From NCBI RefSeq assembly GCF_000143415.4, contig NW_003314285.1, positions 957,370 to 1,021,369 on the forward strand: a stretch of 64,000 nucleotides of DNA, given 5' to 3'. The notes under the pieces were generated by a model. It was given only the letters and a program-made list of their open reading frames with translations, did no database searches and was not told where the DNA came from. Below, piece after piece: positions 26,901 to 40,657 of this stretch (the first letter of the stretch is position 1; each line of letters starts with the position of its first letter). The DNA is from Selaginella moellendorffii (taxonomy: Eukaryota > Plantae > Lycopodiophyta). The position numbers were made by a program, and so were the translations under genes.

Positions 26901-28215
26901 AGCATCAGAAGCAAAGAGAACAACAAACAAAGACTTTGGATCCAACAGCAATGTTCTTACCAGACTTACCAGAGACGGTCTTGCCGGATGTGGTGTCCCC
27001 AGCATCTTTATTTGAGGAAGAGGCCACTCTTATGATTACAGCTTATTTTGACGGTGCTTTCTGCCCCAAAAACTAGGTTGCTGGCATTGGAGTTTGGATG
27101 ATTGATTCTGCGGAGAACAAAGTAGCTAACCTCTCTATCACTTTGCCAGCAACATCAGCTAATGAAGCAGATTACTTGGCAGCCATCAGTGCCATGAAGT
27201 TGGCCACAGATCTCAAGTTTAGGTGAGTCACTTTCATTGGAGATGCACAACTCATCATACGCCAACTTACTGGAGAATACCAAGTTCGCAAAGAGAACCT
27301 GAAAGAGCTATGGTAGCAGGCGGTCAACCTAAAGGATGAGTTCTCTGAGGTGTCTTTTCAAAGTGTCCCCTGTGAAAAAAACTTTTGGGCAGATAGGTTA
27401 TCACATCAAGCAATCACCATGATGCGAGAGGCAAAAGGCACTCCCTGCTCTTTGGTTTCCAGAGTCAGGGAGGAATCAAAGATAGATGAACCCCCTGAGC
27501 CCAAGGTTTCTCCAGACTCCAGGGTTCATGCCATTTTTCTAGGTGATGACAAGGACCCGGTCTTTATCGCCACATCGCTTGCTTCAACAAACACAGCAAA
27601 GCTCTTGGATCTCCTTCACTGTTTCAAGGACGTGTTTGCTTGGGACTACAGCCAGCTCTCAGGAGTTCCCATGGACACAATCATGCACAGTATCATGCTT
27701 TCAGAGTCAGCCAAACCAGTCCATCAAAAAATGCGGCATTTCAGCCCAGTAGCTCACTTAGAGATGAAGTTGGAGATCGAGCGACTTCTGGCAGCCGGCT
27801 TTATTTACCCTTTGGAGAGCTCAGAGTGGGTGGCCAATCTCGTCCCTGCACGCAAGGCAAATGGAAAACTTTGCCTCTGTGTTGACTTTCGAGACTTGAA
27901 CAAGGCAATTGCGAAAGATCACTTTCCAACTCCGTTTATCAATGCAATTGTGGATGAAATGGCTGGCCACCGGTACTACTCTTTCATGGATGGCTTTTCA
28001 GGGTACAACCAGATCTTCATTCATCCAGATCATTGAGATCTTACAGCCTTCCGGACACCTTGGGGTGCCTTTGCTTTCAACGTCCTCCCATTCAGCTTGT
28101 GTAATGCCGAAGCTACTTTTCAGCGCTTTATGACCCACGCCTTTCATAACTTGATTGGAGGCACCTTGAGGGTGTATATGGATGATTTGTGCACAACCTC
28201 TGACTCCTTTGAGGA

Positions 28216-29135
28216 TGTTGCGAATGTGACTTCGGGTATCGAAAGATACTTGTCGACCAGTCCTTACGGGCACTCTTTCCTTACTGCCATGACGGCAGGA
28301 GGTCGGTACTGCTGGTTCCCTTTATTAGCCCCTCTTGTCCAAGTGTTAGTAAACTGGACTTAGCATCTGTACTTGGCCGGATGAGCATAAGGACGGAATT
28401 CCTAAGTGTCTATTTTGCCAAGCATACTTGGCCCGGCTTTTTAGTTCTCTTTTGCTCTGTCTTGCACTGGCTTGGCAAGAACCCTCGCGTATTGAGACTA
28501 GTCCCTCAATATCGCCGGATGATAGCTTACCGTGTCTGCCAAACACCCTTGCTATCATATCCTTTGTGTTGGTCTCATTTCGGTCCTAAATGCTAAATAT
28601 GGAAAGTGTCTAGATTAGCTCATTTGGCATATCTACGGAATGTAGAGATCGGCCTAAACACAATAGTGTTCGTCCCGTGTCCAAATTCGCAATCTAAGGA
28701 CATTCCATATTTAGTAAGTTTCGGACTTGTCCCAGAGACTAACTCCTGGTACTAAGGGAGGCTTGGGGTGAAAGCCCAAAGCGTGTGTCCCTCAAGGGGG
28801 GGGGGGCTGTGCGGGGTTCCAAATGTATAGTAGGGATAGTGGTTGGAATGCATGTCCGACCACCTGAGACATTAGTTTGGCTTCCGCTGGGCTGTGTCGC
28901 TCCTTGTTCTGCGTCCGGCTTGGGTCTAAGCCCAAGCTCCACGTTGCTCTAGTCGGTGGAGTACCCTCCTTCTCGCGTTAGGCCACCGGTATGCCAAAAT
29001 TGTGCCAGACTCCGTCTGACACCATTTTGCGTGCAGGTGCTGGATACGGGGAGCTGGTGCTCGTGGGATTGTACCGGACCCTCGTTTCGTAGCGCAACGG
29101 GCTTGGAGTTCGGCTCCAAATTCAGGTGCGCTACA
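28216..29135 (+). repeat. 5' LTR of the chromovirus (920 bp)
   Basis: Near-identical to 34633-35551. Confidence 0.97.
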
Positions 29136-29326
29136 TTTGGTATCAGAGGAATTGTCTCAGCGATTTCTATCCAACTTTTGTCGGATTTTCTGACTCAAGT
29201 TGCATACGCAGAGACTTTTCTAGTAGATCTGAAGCGACCTGTGTAGGATTAGTTGGATTGCACCATTCGGTAAGAACGTTGTATGCATGTTCAGTTACTG
29301 ATAGAGGCATGCATGCAGCTAGCAGG

Positions 29327-32300
29327 ATGGTGAAGAGGAACCGTGCTGATGACGCTGAAACCTCTAGACGGGCGAATCGAGAGGAGGAAACTCCTGCTAG
29401 AGATGCTGCGGAAGGGGCTGAGGCCGAGTCGGAAGAGGAAGAGCCAGATGCTGCGGCATTGCAGCGTACGGCTCAGGAAGTTGAGATCGAGAATTTGCGA
29501 AGGGAGATTCGCAAATTGAAGAAGGAGAACAAGAAGAGGAAGAAAGAAGCTGAGGTAGCTAAACCAGCTAAGCCTAAGCAACCGGACTCCTCTTCGAGTT
29601 CTGAGGACGATGAAGTTCTGCAGCCGCCCCCGGTTGCACGAGTTTCAAAGTTCAAGCCTCCGAAACCACCTAATTTCAGAGGCATGCGGGACTATCAGGT
29701 TTTGGAAGACTGGGTCTACGATATGGAGAACTACTTCATAGCGGCAGACGTAGATGATCGTACGAAAGTTGCGTGCGCGCAATCCTTTCTCACCGATCAT
29801 GCCAAAACTTGGTGGCGCCAGGTGTGTGCTGAAAAAGGGCAGACTAGAAGTTGGACCAAGATGCGGTCTCGTATCCGTAAGGAATACTTGCCGGATGATC
29901 TTGGTCTGAGACTTCGCGCAGAGCTGCGACGGTTAAAGCAGCGAGGGGACCTTATGCATTACGTTAATGCGTTTGCTCAGAAGCGCATTATGATTGCAAA
30001 TATGAGTGACGAAGATGCTCGGAGTTATTTCCTGGAGGGTTTAAGTTCACTTTCTCGAAATGAGATTTTGAAGTTTAAGCCGAAGACGTACCTGGAGTGT
30101 AAAGAGGCAGCACAGCAAGTTGCCTTTAGTCACTCGCTCATAGAACAATATCAGCAATCGTATGCTGGTAACTCGGACAAGAATAAAAATTCTGGGAATA
30201 GGCAAGGTGATCGGAAACAAAGGGTGGAAAGTAGGTACCGCCCTGGGGGCTCACAAGCTACGGTGAATAAAGGTGGTGGTGGTTGGAGACCACCAGCAGC
30301 TTCTTCTGGTCCTAGGCCCTCTGTTCCTCCTCCTGGTGGGTACAAGCAGCAGCAACCTACAAAACCTGCTCCTAGCGGAACGGGTAGTGTGGGTCATTGC
30401 TTCCATTGTGGAGAGTCGGGACATAGGTCCTCGGAATGTCCCAACAAGCATAAGACAAGGTCTCGAGTTAATGTCATGAGGGAAGACGGTGGTGGTGAAG
30501 CCGAAGGGGTTGACGAGTTGGTCAATGCAGACTATGAGGAAGAAGAGGTGAGTAACTTTCGTTGCTTTCCTCAAGCTTTTCTTGCAGTCAATGCAAACAC
30601 TGATCCGTTAATGTATCTGGTAGGCTTTGTCCGTGGACACCGAATCCGAGTGATGATTGACACGGGAGCTACGCACAGCGTGATATCGGAAGACTTAGTT
30701 AAGTTGTTAGGATTGAATGCTGAGCAAATGTCGTCTATGCACTTCCGGTTTGCGGAAGGTGGGCAAGTAGCCAGAAAGTTTGTGAGTGATGTTCCAATAA
30801 AGATATCCAAGTGGAAAGAAAGAGTGGACTTGGTAGTGTTGAAGATACCAGATTTTCAGATGGTGTTTGGTATGGATTTCTTCAACAAGTATATAAAAGG
30901 GATTTATGGTGCTGGACAAAGTCGTATCACATTGAAGTCAGAAGGACATCCTGATGTATCCTTTCAGTTGCAAAAGCGTTCCTCAAAAGATTGGGATGCA
31001 AAGTTCCTGACTGCGAGGGCCGTTCAAAAAGCAGCTAAGAGGGGATGTCAGACCTTTTGGGTTCAAGTGATGGAAGCTGAGGGTGTTGGTGACTCAGTAC
31101 GAATCGGCGATGGGGTTGATCCTGTACCAAAAAGGATATTGGAGTTGTTGGCGAGGAATCAGGATATCTTTCCGAAGGATTTGCCGTCAGGGCTACCTCC
31201 TAGCCGTGAGGTTGATCATCGGATTGAGATTATTCCGGGTTCTAAACCACCTACGAAAGCTCCATATCGGTTGAACATCAAGGAGATGGCTGAACTCAAG
31301 AAGCAACTCACGGAGCTTCTTGACAAAGGTCATATCCGACCAAGCAAGTCACCTTATGGAGCGCCGGTCCTCTTCGTTATGAAAAAGGATGGAACCATGA
31401 GGATGTGTATTGACTATCGGGCACTCAATAAGATCACGGTTAAAAACAGTTATCCTTTGCCTCGCATTGATGACTTGTTTGACCAACTCTTAAAGGCTAA
31501 GTATTTTACGCGACTTGATTTGCGGTCCGGATATCATCAGATACGGGTGGCGGATCAGGATGTGGAGAAGACAGCCTTTAAGACTCGGTACGGATCTTAT
31601 GAGTTCCTTGTCATGCCATTCGGGTTATGCAATGCTCCGGCAACGTTCAGCACTGAGATTATTTGGATGCATTTGTTGTCCTGTATATCGACGATGTTCT
31701 AGTCTTTAGTGAAACATTGGAGGATCATTTGAAACACTTGGAGCTGGTGTTTCAGAAATTGCGCGAACACAAACTGTATGCTAAGGAAAGTAAATGCGCT
31801 TTTGGTCAATTGCGCGTAAACTTTCTCGGACATATAGTTGGTGATGGCGTGATTGAGGTCGATCCAAAGAAGGTGGAAGTGGTGAAGTCCTGGGAAGTTC
31901 CAACCACTGTATCAGATGTTCGTTCCTTTCTCGGTTTGGCGGGATACTATCGCAAGTTTGTCCGCAATTTTGCAAGAATTGCTCTTCCGTTGACTGAGTT
32001 GACGAAGAGTAGTATTCCGTTTCATTGGACACCAGCTTGCCAGCGTGCTTTTGCACGGTTGAAGGAGATCTTGACTACGGTTCCTGTTCTCAGGATCCCA
32101 GATCTTGATAAACCCTTCGAAGTGCATTGTGATGCATCTGGCTATGCTATTGGTGCCGTGTTGCAGCAAGATTGTGACAAAGCGGTTGGTGTTACGCTAA
32201 GGCGACATGGTTGTCCCGTTGCGTTCTATTCCAAAAAATTGGATGAGACCCAACGAAGATGGCCAACGCATGAGAAAGAGATGTTTGCTATAGTGTCGGC

Positions 32301-34024
32301 CCTAGAACACTGGAGACACTACTTGGGTGGACATACCAAGGTTTATACAGATAGTAACACACTAAGCTACTTTGCTACGCAGCCTAAGCTTACGCCGAAG
32401 CAGGCTCGTTGGCAAGAGAAGCTTGCTAGATATGATATTGAAATCATATATAAACCTGGTAAAGACAATATTGTTCCGGATGCGTTGAGTCGTCAAGCTC
32501 AGTTCCGGGCAATATCGGCAATCAGTTCAGACTGGTTGAAGGACGTTCGGGCTTCGTATGGAAGTGATCCATTGGCGAAGGCAATCTTATGCCGTGCGGG
32601 GTTGTTGAAGCAGAGCCCTGGTAGCGAAGCAGCAAAAGTTGCTAGTCGCACTAATGCGAAGCTTCACTTCTCAGTTCGGGATGGGCTTATATTTTATAAG
32701 CAAGGAAAGATTGTATCTTCCCTCTAAGGATCTTCAGCAGTTATTTCTGCGGGAACATCATGATGTTCCAGCAGCGGGACATGGTGGGAAGCGAAAGACT
32801 CTGGCTTCGTTGAAAAAGGGATTTTTCTGGTCTGGTATGGAAGGTGATGTAGCGGATTATGTCCGTTCCTACCCTATATGTCAGCAATGTAAGCGCAGAA
32901 CTGAGAAGCAGGCTGGAAAGTTGCAGTGCATTCCAGCACCAGCATGGCCATTTCAAAGTGTGACACTTGATTTCGTCACTTGTTTGCCGAAGTCTAAGGG
33001 TTATGATACTTTGATGGTGGTTGTGGATCGGTTGTCAAAGATTGCACACTTCATTCCAACTATGGGAACAGTAAATGCGAAACAAGCAGCAAAGCTCTTT
33101 TTCCATGAAGTAGTGCGAGTTCGTGGTCTTCCTGAAGAAATGATCTCAGATAGAGATTCAAGGTTTACGGGGAAGTTTTGGGGAACCCTATTCCAGTTGT
33201 TTGGTACCAAGTTGAAGTTTAGTACGGCTTATCATCCTCAAACTGATGGGCAGACCGAACGCGTGAATGCTCAAGTTGAGGATTATCTGCGGTACTATGT
33301 CGCGGCGGACCAACGCGACTGGGTTGAGCATTTGGATACAGCAGAAATTTGTTATAACAACACATTTCACAGCGCTATAGGCTGTTCTCCATGGGAGATG
33401 TTGCAAGGGAATGCTCGTGGGGTTCCTCAACAGATTGTTGTCCCAAAACCAATGACCGAGGTGTTGGTCCCAGCCGTGGAAACTTATGCGGAGCAGCTAC
33501 GCCAAGGTTGGTCTAAAGCTACCGAGGCGATGGGCAAAGCTCAGGATAGGTATCGACGTGATAAGGATCAGCATCGTCGGGATGTATCCTATCGAGTGGG
33601 AGATCAGGTGTGGCTATCTTCCCGCAACTTGAACATTAAGGGTTCTTTGTCTCGGAAGTTCTTGCCGAGATATGTTGGACCCTATCGGGTGTTAAAACGT
33701 CTTGGTGATGTATCCTATCGGTTGGATCTGCCTGCGGAGATGTCCAATGTTCATAATGTATTTCATGCCAATTTATTGGCACCTTACACTATGGATGTTG
33801 CACGTCAACGGGAGATTCGTCCACTGCCAGACGTTGTGGATGGTGAACCTGAGTATGAAGTCGAAGCTATTTTGGATTCGCGTTGGCTTAAACGTGCCAA
33901 ACGTCGGGAGTATCTCGTTAAGTGGAAAGGTTACCCAACTTGTGAATCAACTTGGGAACCTCTTAGTAATCTTACACATGCTCGTGAGCTTGTCACGGAG
34001 TATGAGCATTGTAATAAAGATTAG
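29327..34024 (+). pseudogene. gag-pol with CCHC knuckle, PR, RT, RH, IN and chromodomain; frameshifts at ~31655 and ~32700
   Basis: [65 protein letters not shown]. Confidence 0.93.
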
Positions 34025-34632
34025 TTTTTGTAAATCTTGTAATAAATCTTGCAAATTAATAAAGTAAAATATTTCTATCACTCAAAGTGTCATTTCTCTC
34101 GATCATTTGTACTTGGGTCAGTTTTGGCAGGCTGACTTCGGCACTTCAGTGCATGGGTCCAATCCATAACCATGGGGATAACTATTATAGACTGATCACA
34201 AGTCCCCGCCTCTCTCTCGATGACTCATTTTCAAAAAGGGGCGTGGTCGTGTAAACAACTTTCTCTACCAGTTTATAATAGTTGTCTAAATCTTCCCGAC
34301 GGGGTTGATTTCTTGCTCAGGGGCAGTTGGGCCTCTGGCCTTCTCCCTATATCCCTGCGGGCAGGGATGTATCATTCCTTTGTAAGCCGAGTGGTACTCG
34401 GAGCAGCAAGGGTGGCTAACTCCGTTGGTCATTTCCTTGTCGGCGACGGCCGGAGGGTGTCTGAGTCTTAGCGTCTTTTGACGTAGAGGAGAGGTCGTTC
34501 CATAACTCATTTAAGTCGGTGCATTTCCCACATAGTGTGCTTTCCGTTAACTTTCGGGGTTGTTTCCTTGACGGTTTGCTAGACTCGGGTATGCATCGAC
34601 GAGGACGTCGATCTTCCCCAAGGGGGGGAGAG

Positions 34633-35551
34633 TGTCGCGAATGTGACTTCGGGTATCGAAAGATACTTGTCGACCAGTCCTTACGGGCACTCTTTCCTTA
34701 CTGCCATGACGGCAGGAGGTCGGTACTGCTGGTTCCCTTTATTAGCCCCTCTTGTCCAAGTGTTAGTAAACTGGACTTAGCATCTGTACTTGGCCGGATG
34801 AGCATAAGGACAGAATTCCTAAGTGTCTATTTTGCCAAGCATACTTGGCCTGGCTTTTTAGTTCTCTTTTGCTCTGTCTTGCACTGGCTTGGCAAGAACC
34901 CTCGCGTATTGAGACTAGTCCCTCAATATCGCCGGATGATAGCTTACCGTGTCTGCCAAACACCCTCGCTATCATATCCTTTGTGTTGGTCTCATTTCGG
35001 TCCTAAATGCTAAATATGGAAAGTGTCTAGATTAGCTCATTTGGCATATCTACGGAATGTAGAGATCGGCCTGAACACAATAGTGTTCGTCCCGTGTCCA
35101 AATTCGCAATCTAAGGACATTCCATATTTAGTAAGTTTCGGACTTGTCCCAGAGACTAACTCCTGGTACTAAGGGAGGCTTGGGGTGAAAGCCCAAAGCG
35201 TGTGTCCCTCAAGGGGGGGGGGCTGTGCGGGGTTCCAAATGTATAGTAGGGATAGTGGTTGGAATGCATGTCCGACCACCTGAGACATTAGTTTGGCTTC
35301 CGCTGGGCTGTGTCGCTCCTTGTTCTGCGTCTGGCTTGGGTCTAAGCCCAAGCTCCACGTTGCTCTAGTCGGTGGAGTACCCTCCTTCTCGCGTTAGGCC
35401 ACCGGTATGCCAAAATTGTGCCAGACTCCGTCTGACACCATTTTGCGTGCAGGTGCTGGATACGGGGAGCTGGTGCTCGTGGGATTGTACCGGACCCTCG
35501 TTTCGTAGCGCAACGGGCTTGGAGTTTGGCTCCAAATTCAGGTGCGCTACA
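34633..35551 (+). repeat. 3' LTR of the chromovirus (919 bp)
   Basis: Near-identical to the 5' LTR. Confidence 0.97.
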
Positions 35552-37289
35552 GAGGATCACCTTGTGCACTTGGAACAGATCTTCACTCGTTGCCGACAAC
35601 ACAGGTTTTCATTGAACCTGGCAAAGTGTAAATTTGGGGTGACTGAAGGCCGGTTACTAGGCTTTGATGTCTCGCAGGATGGGATCAAACCCCAGGTAGC
35701 CAAGGCTCAGGAGATTCTGGATCGGAACCCACCAACCAACTTGAAACAGCTTCGCAGCTTCCTTGGGCAAACGGGTTTCTTTCGCCGTTTCATCCACAAC
35801 TATGCTGCACATTCACGGCCTCTGGTAGCTTTGCTACAACACAGTGTTCCATTTATCTGGGGTGAGTCCCAACAACAAGCCTTTGAATCACTACAGCAGT
35901 CACTCTGCATGGCCCCGGTACTCCAACCACCAAAACGACAACTTCCTTTTGACATTTACATCACAACGGGTACAGAGGCTTTTGGAGTATGCCTTTGCCA
36001 ATGTTCAGAGCCTGGCAAGCCACCACATGCAACATATTATGCCTCACATTCGTTCAAGGAGACTGAAAAGAAATATGTGGATGCGGAAAAAGAAGCAGTG
36101 GCTGTTGTTTACACTTTGGAGCGATTCCGTCACTTTCTTGCTGGAGCCCGTATCCATTTCCATGTCTATTTTAATGTGCTGACCTTTCTTTTACAGCAAC
36201 CGGTTCATAGTCCTCGTACTTTATCTTGGATTGTGACCATCCAAGAGTTCCAACCAACTTTTCACATGCGGCGGAAGCGTGTGATGGATCCGAACGAGTT
36301 CCTGGTTGCTGAGGCTACCTCCTTTGTGGTCCCAGCAGCATTACAGGACATTGCAGTGTACCTGGATTCAGGTCAGTTCCCAACAGATTCCTCACCAATA
36401 CAACAAAAGGCGTTGGAGATCCGAGCACGGGGGTTTTGCCTTCTTGACAGACACCTTTACAGGAGGACTTCTCAAGAAGTTTTGTTGCGGTGTGTGGGGA
36501 ACATGAGGTCCCTGAACTCCTTCGCACTTTCCACTCTTGTGTGGGGCATTTCTCGGGACGGGTTACAGCACAACTCCTCTTGCGCCATGGCTACTTTTGG
36601 CCTCAAATTCACCAGGACAGCTTGGCCTATGCAAAGGCATGCAAGCAGTGCCAATGGTTCAACCCCCAGAGCCATGTTCCACGTCTTCCTTTTCAGCTCA
36701 TCACTTCTTTGGGTCCCTTTTTCCAGTGGGGACTTGACTTCGTTGGCCCGATCAACCCACCGAGCTCAAAAGGACAGTGATACATCATCGTGGCGACAGA
36801 CTATTTCACAAAATGGGTCGAGGCCACCCCTTTGCGACAGGCAGATCAACAGTCTACAGCAAATTTTGTCTACAAGTACATCATTTGCCGATTTGGAGTT
36901 CCCGCTGTTTTGATTTCTGATCGAGGCAGCGGCTTCCTTGGACAAGTGATGTAGCATCTTCTCCAACAATTGTAGGTCAAGCATGTGAAGAGCAGCAGCT
37001 ATTATCCTGAGTGCAATGGCCAGGCAGAGTCTAGCAACAAGATATTGAAGACAGTCATCTCAAAGCTTGTGGAGGATCACCCAAGACGTTGGCATGAGCA
37101 CTTGGTTACGGCGTTGTGGGCCTTTTGGATGTCCTTCAAGACATCCACTGCAACCCCATTCTCTCTTGTCTATGGGATAGAGGCCGTGCTTCCAGTGGAG
37201 ATCCAAGTGCCATCACTCTCACTTTCACTTCGATACGCAGCAGCGATGTAGCTTAGCGATGAAGACAAGCTTCATGCACGTGACTACAG

Positions 37290-40200
37290 CCGGAAGAGAA
37301 CCTCTTGAAGTTGACTCAACTTGCATACCCTATTAGGCAGGATATCCAATGGGGGTCATTCGGGAGAATAAAGGCAATTTGACCAGTTGTGTGAAGGAGA
37401 ATTGTTGCCAAAAGGAATGCATCCTTCAAGTGGTCTTTAGTCAGGTTGTTCTAGCTTGGGACATCACTATTAACATTTGGAAGACCATCTAGCATGTCAA
37501 AGAGCATGAAGTTTGTGCTCTTGAGAGGTTGCCTATGAATATTCTGACAAAAGCACTCTCACTTTTGCCGGATAGCCATATTCTTAGCATCCTCCTCAAA
37601 AAATGACATCAATGAACTGTAGGAGCTAATAAAGATCCCAACTTCACCACGGAATGGCACTAAAGAGATAGAGCGAATCTAGGGGGAGAAGACAAAGATA
37701 AGATATGAACTTAAGAAAAATTTACATACCATCATGTGGCGTGTGGTAGATGTAAGTTCCTTTAGGTCAACTTCTTGGACATCAAAACGAGCTGGAATGA
37801 AGTTACTCCCAATAGTTTTTGCTGCAACCATTTTGAGGAACTAAAAAAAGGAGAGAATTAAGAGAAATATACCTCGAGAAGTTCCTTGATTATGGGGACG
37901 TCTTGGACGATCATCATCACTATTGACTAATTCCTCCAGATGTGGATTTGCACGCTTTCATCGAGGTAGAACTTCTTTGACGTTCTGGTTCTCTTGCTGG
38001 ACTTTGTCTTGAGGAATTTCTTGCAAGTTGTTCTCACTGCCATCTTCACTCTCCTCGCCATTAGCACCAACAGTATCGACATTCTCATGGCCATCATCTT
38101 TGTCATCCGGCATGTCTTCATTATTGCCTCTTGCAGCCTCTCGGTGGGTTGGTGCATAATCTAGCATTTCCAATTCCCAAGGACAAGCTTGCTGCTGAAA
38201 ACTTTATTGTTGTTGGGTACATGCCTCCATCTCTCACACCATGCCTCAAGAGTCGTGTGCATACTGGTGTTTCAAGAGGGACGCCTCTATATTGAAGATA
38301 CCTATAATAGAATATAAACAAATTAAGTATAGTTGAGAAATTGTATGTTACTTGAAAGCCACTCGACACATGAAGTAAAGTTGGCTAAGTTGTTTATCAA
38401 ATGGAGTCGTGCTTATGGCCTTCTTTAACAGCCAATCCTCTCTAAGTTTTATAAACTTAGTGGTGATGAAGTCCTTGAATGGAAGTTGCTCAAGATCATC
38501 CCCTATGAAATGCGCTAGAAACACCTCCCCTTCATATACAGTTTGTGAAATATAGATAGTCCTCCTCATCACAGTCTCCATCATACTATCCAAACCTTTT
38601 TCTCCTTCCCTGAGTCTACTATTGAGGTCGTTCAGAATGTGTATCTGTTCCTCATATGTAAGCTTTGACTTTTGAGATATTGTAAATAATCTCATCTGGA
38701 GTCTTGCCCATTAAGAAATAACTTTTGTGAGTAACCTTCATGTAAACGCAAACAATACTTACTTTCATGACAAGCAATCTCTGTTATAATATCAAACCAC
38801 TCCTTTGGGCGTCGAGGGTCAGCCACACTAAGTAATTTCTTTACCTTTGTCTTCTTTGTGTTGTTAATTTTCTTGTCAATTGCAGCTAAATACTCCAAGA
38901 GTTTTTGATCATTTTCAGCTCGATGCGACTGTGTATATACATCTTGCTTAACCTTCACCAATGGCTGAAGACAACACAAACATTATATGATAAGAAGTAT
39001 ACTTGGAAGAACATACCTTACTCCACACAGCTGTCATAAAAGCCATTGGATTTTTGTACCATCTATTGGCATCTTGACGACCTTGTTGATGCTGAATAAA
39101 TGATGCTAAATCATCACCATAGTGGCTGTGAACTGCATCCTCATTGAGATTGGCAAGAAACCGAATCTTCTTGATATCATGTACTAGACTTTGTTTCTGC
39201 ACTACAAACTGTCCCAACCTGCAAAACACAAATTGTTAAAAGTGATTGAAGAGGGAGAGGTACTTATGCATTAATTTTGTGGCAAGCTATCACAAGCCTT
39301 GCTACATCTAGAGATCCTCTCGCATGTACATGTCCAACCGGAACATTGATGTGATAAACAAGATTGTCTCAGAAGCATTCATTGATGCACTTCATCCACA
39401 CACACCAGCAATGATTCCCATCGATAATGTAGAACATTTTCCCCACAAATTGTTGAGTCTCAGGATGGCTCATAAGCATGTTGTCAAATTTGCGGGACTT
39501 CATTTTCCAAATGTCATCCCAAACCCTCTTGATTTCTGGTGACACCAAGAGGGTATTTGTCATTCCTGGCTTGAAGACCAAAACAAGGAACATACCTATG
39601 TTTGTCCCAAGGCCATTCTGTTTGTACAAACAATAGATGTCCATGTTGACAAAGTGCAGTGAAGCAGACTGAATGATGCTTGTCTGAGTGAATTGACATA
39701 GTGGGATTTCTCGGATTATGTCTCTCGGGCCTTCCCACTTGAGAGACTCTAGAGTCGTGTGAATGGCCTTTTCTTTGGTTCTCAAAACTATCTCTTTGAA
39801 GTGCTTGTCTACAATGTGTTCAGGTAACTCCACTTCTCTTTCAACTTCAGCTACACCTCTAGCAGCACCATTATCAGATCTAGCCCCCAACTTGGGCCCA
39901 ACACCCCCGTCAGGTGCACTTGGGCATTGCTCCATAATGTAGCTAGTTTCTGCCATATTTTGTGAATATGTTAAGAGTAGTGGCATTTTTGGTTGTGGCT
40001 GCAATGGTAGTGACGACAATCACGCTGCTGGTGGTGATGATGGTAGCAGTGGTGGTGGTAATAATGGTGATGATGGCAATGGTGGTAATGGTGGTGATGG
40101 CAGTGGGGGTAATGGTGGTGATGAAGGTAGAGGTGGCAAGGTGGTGGTGGTGGCATCGATGGTGGTGGTGGAAAAAATGGGGGTGCATGTAGACTGGAGC

Positions 40201-40290
40201 TATCTGGTTGCGAAGACGGTAGAGTTGTCGTTGTGAAAATCTTTATCTGAAGGTCAATTTGATTGTTTTCCTAGATCTCATCTTCCTCAT
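37290..40290 (-). pseudogene. ParB/Srx-like + MTase-like accessory gene (MULE copy 2), 3' end deleted
   Basis: GKMFYIIDGNHCW (~39400-39445); NFMLFDMLDGLPNVNSDVPS*N...AFLLATILLHTTGQIAFI (37365-37513). Confidence 0.7.
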
Positions 40291-40657
40291 GTCTTCTCTT
40301 TGATCCAACATCCTTTTCCTTTTGTAGTTGCTTCGGTTTTTTAAAATAAAAAAAACTGATTATAAATTAAAAATGCATAAGAAGCAGGGACTTTGGGACA
40401 TGGACTTGGCACAGGTGCCGTTTGCCAGCGAACTGGCCTGCCCCCAATCGCCTTCGCCGGCTCGCACCAAATGCCCAACACGGGCATTTGGCCCACCCTC
40501 AAGTGCCTTGCCTGGCCTGCCCCCAAGTGCCTTTGCCGGCCTCGTGTGGAGTGCCTGGCTTGGGCACTTAGCGCGAGTGCCGGTTCGCCGGCATACTGAT
40601 GGCCTGCCCAGGTGGAGTGCCCGGCCAAATGCCTAGCCTAGGCACTTGGCAGCGATG

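Larger units (their letters stand above)
28216..35551 (+). mobile_element. Young full-length chromovirus (Ty3/gypsy with chromodomain)
   Basis: LTRs 28216-29135 and 34633-35551 (TG..CA), TSD GAGGA both sides, PBS TGGTATCAGAG (tRNA-iMet) 29138-29148, PPT AAGGGGGGGAGAG 34620-34632. Confidence 0.97.
22777..37285 (+). mobile_element. Ty3/gypsy Tat-type LTR retrotransposon, 3'-truncated, hosting a chromovirus
   Basis: Starts TGTTAGG where MULE homology stops; gag ~24320, PR LVDSGSG ~25803, extra RNase H ~27040-27410, RT YMDD ~28175 resuming at 35552, degenerate RH, IN (WGLDFVGP, YYPECNGQAESSNK); many stops. Confidence 0.88.

Noticed and set aside
35372-35551. N-terminus of the 513-aa ORF
   Set aside because: LTR sequence in frame by chance with the interrupted Tat RT, which resumes at 35552
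37452-37513. Calling the accessory protein an active DNA methyltransferase
   Set aside because: No intact (D/N/S)PP(Y/F/W) motif in any copy here, and all copies are pseudogenised
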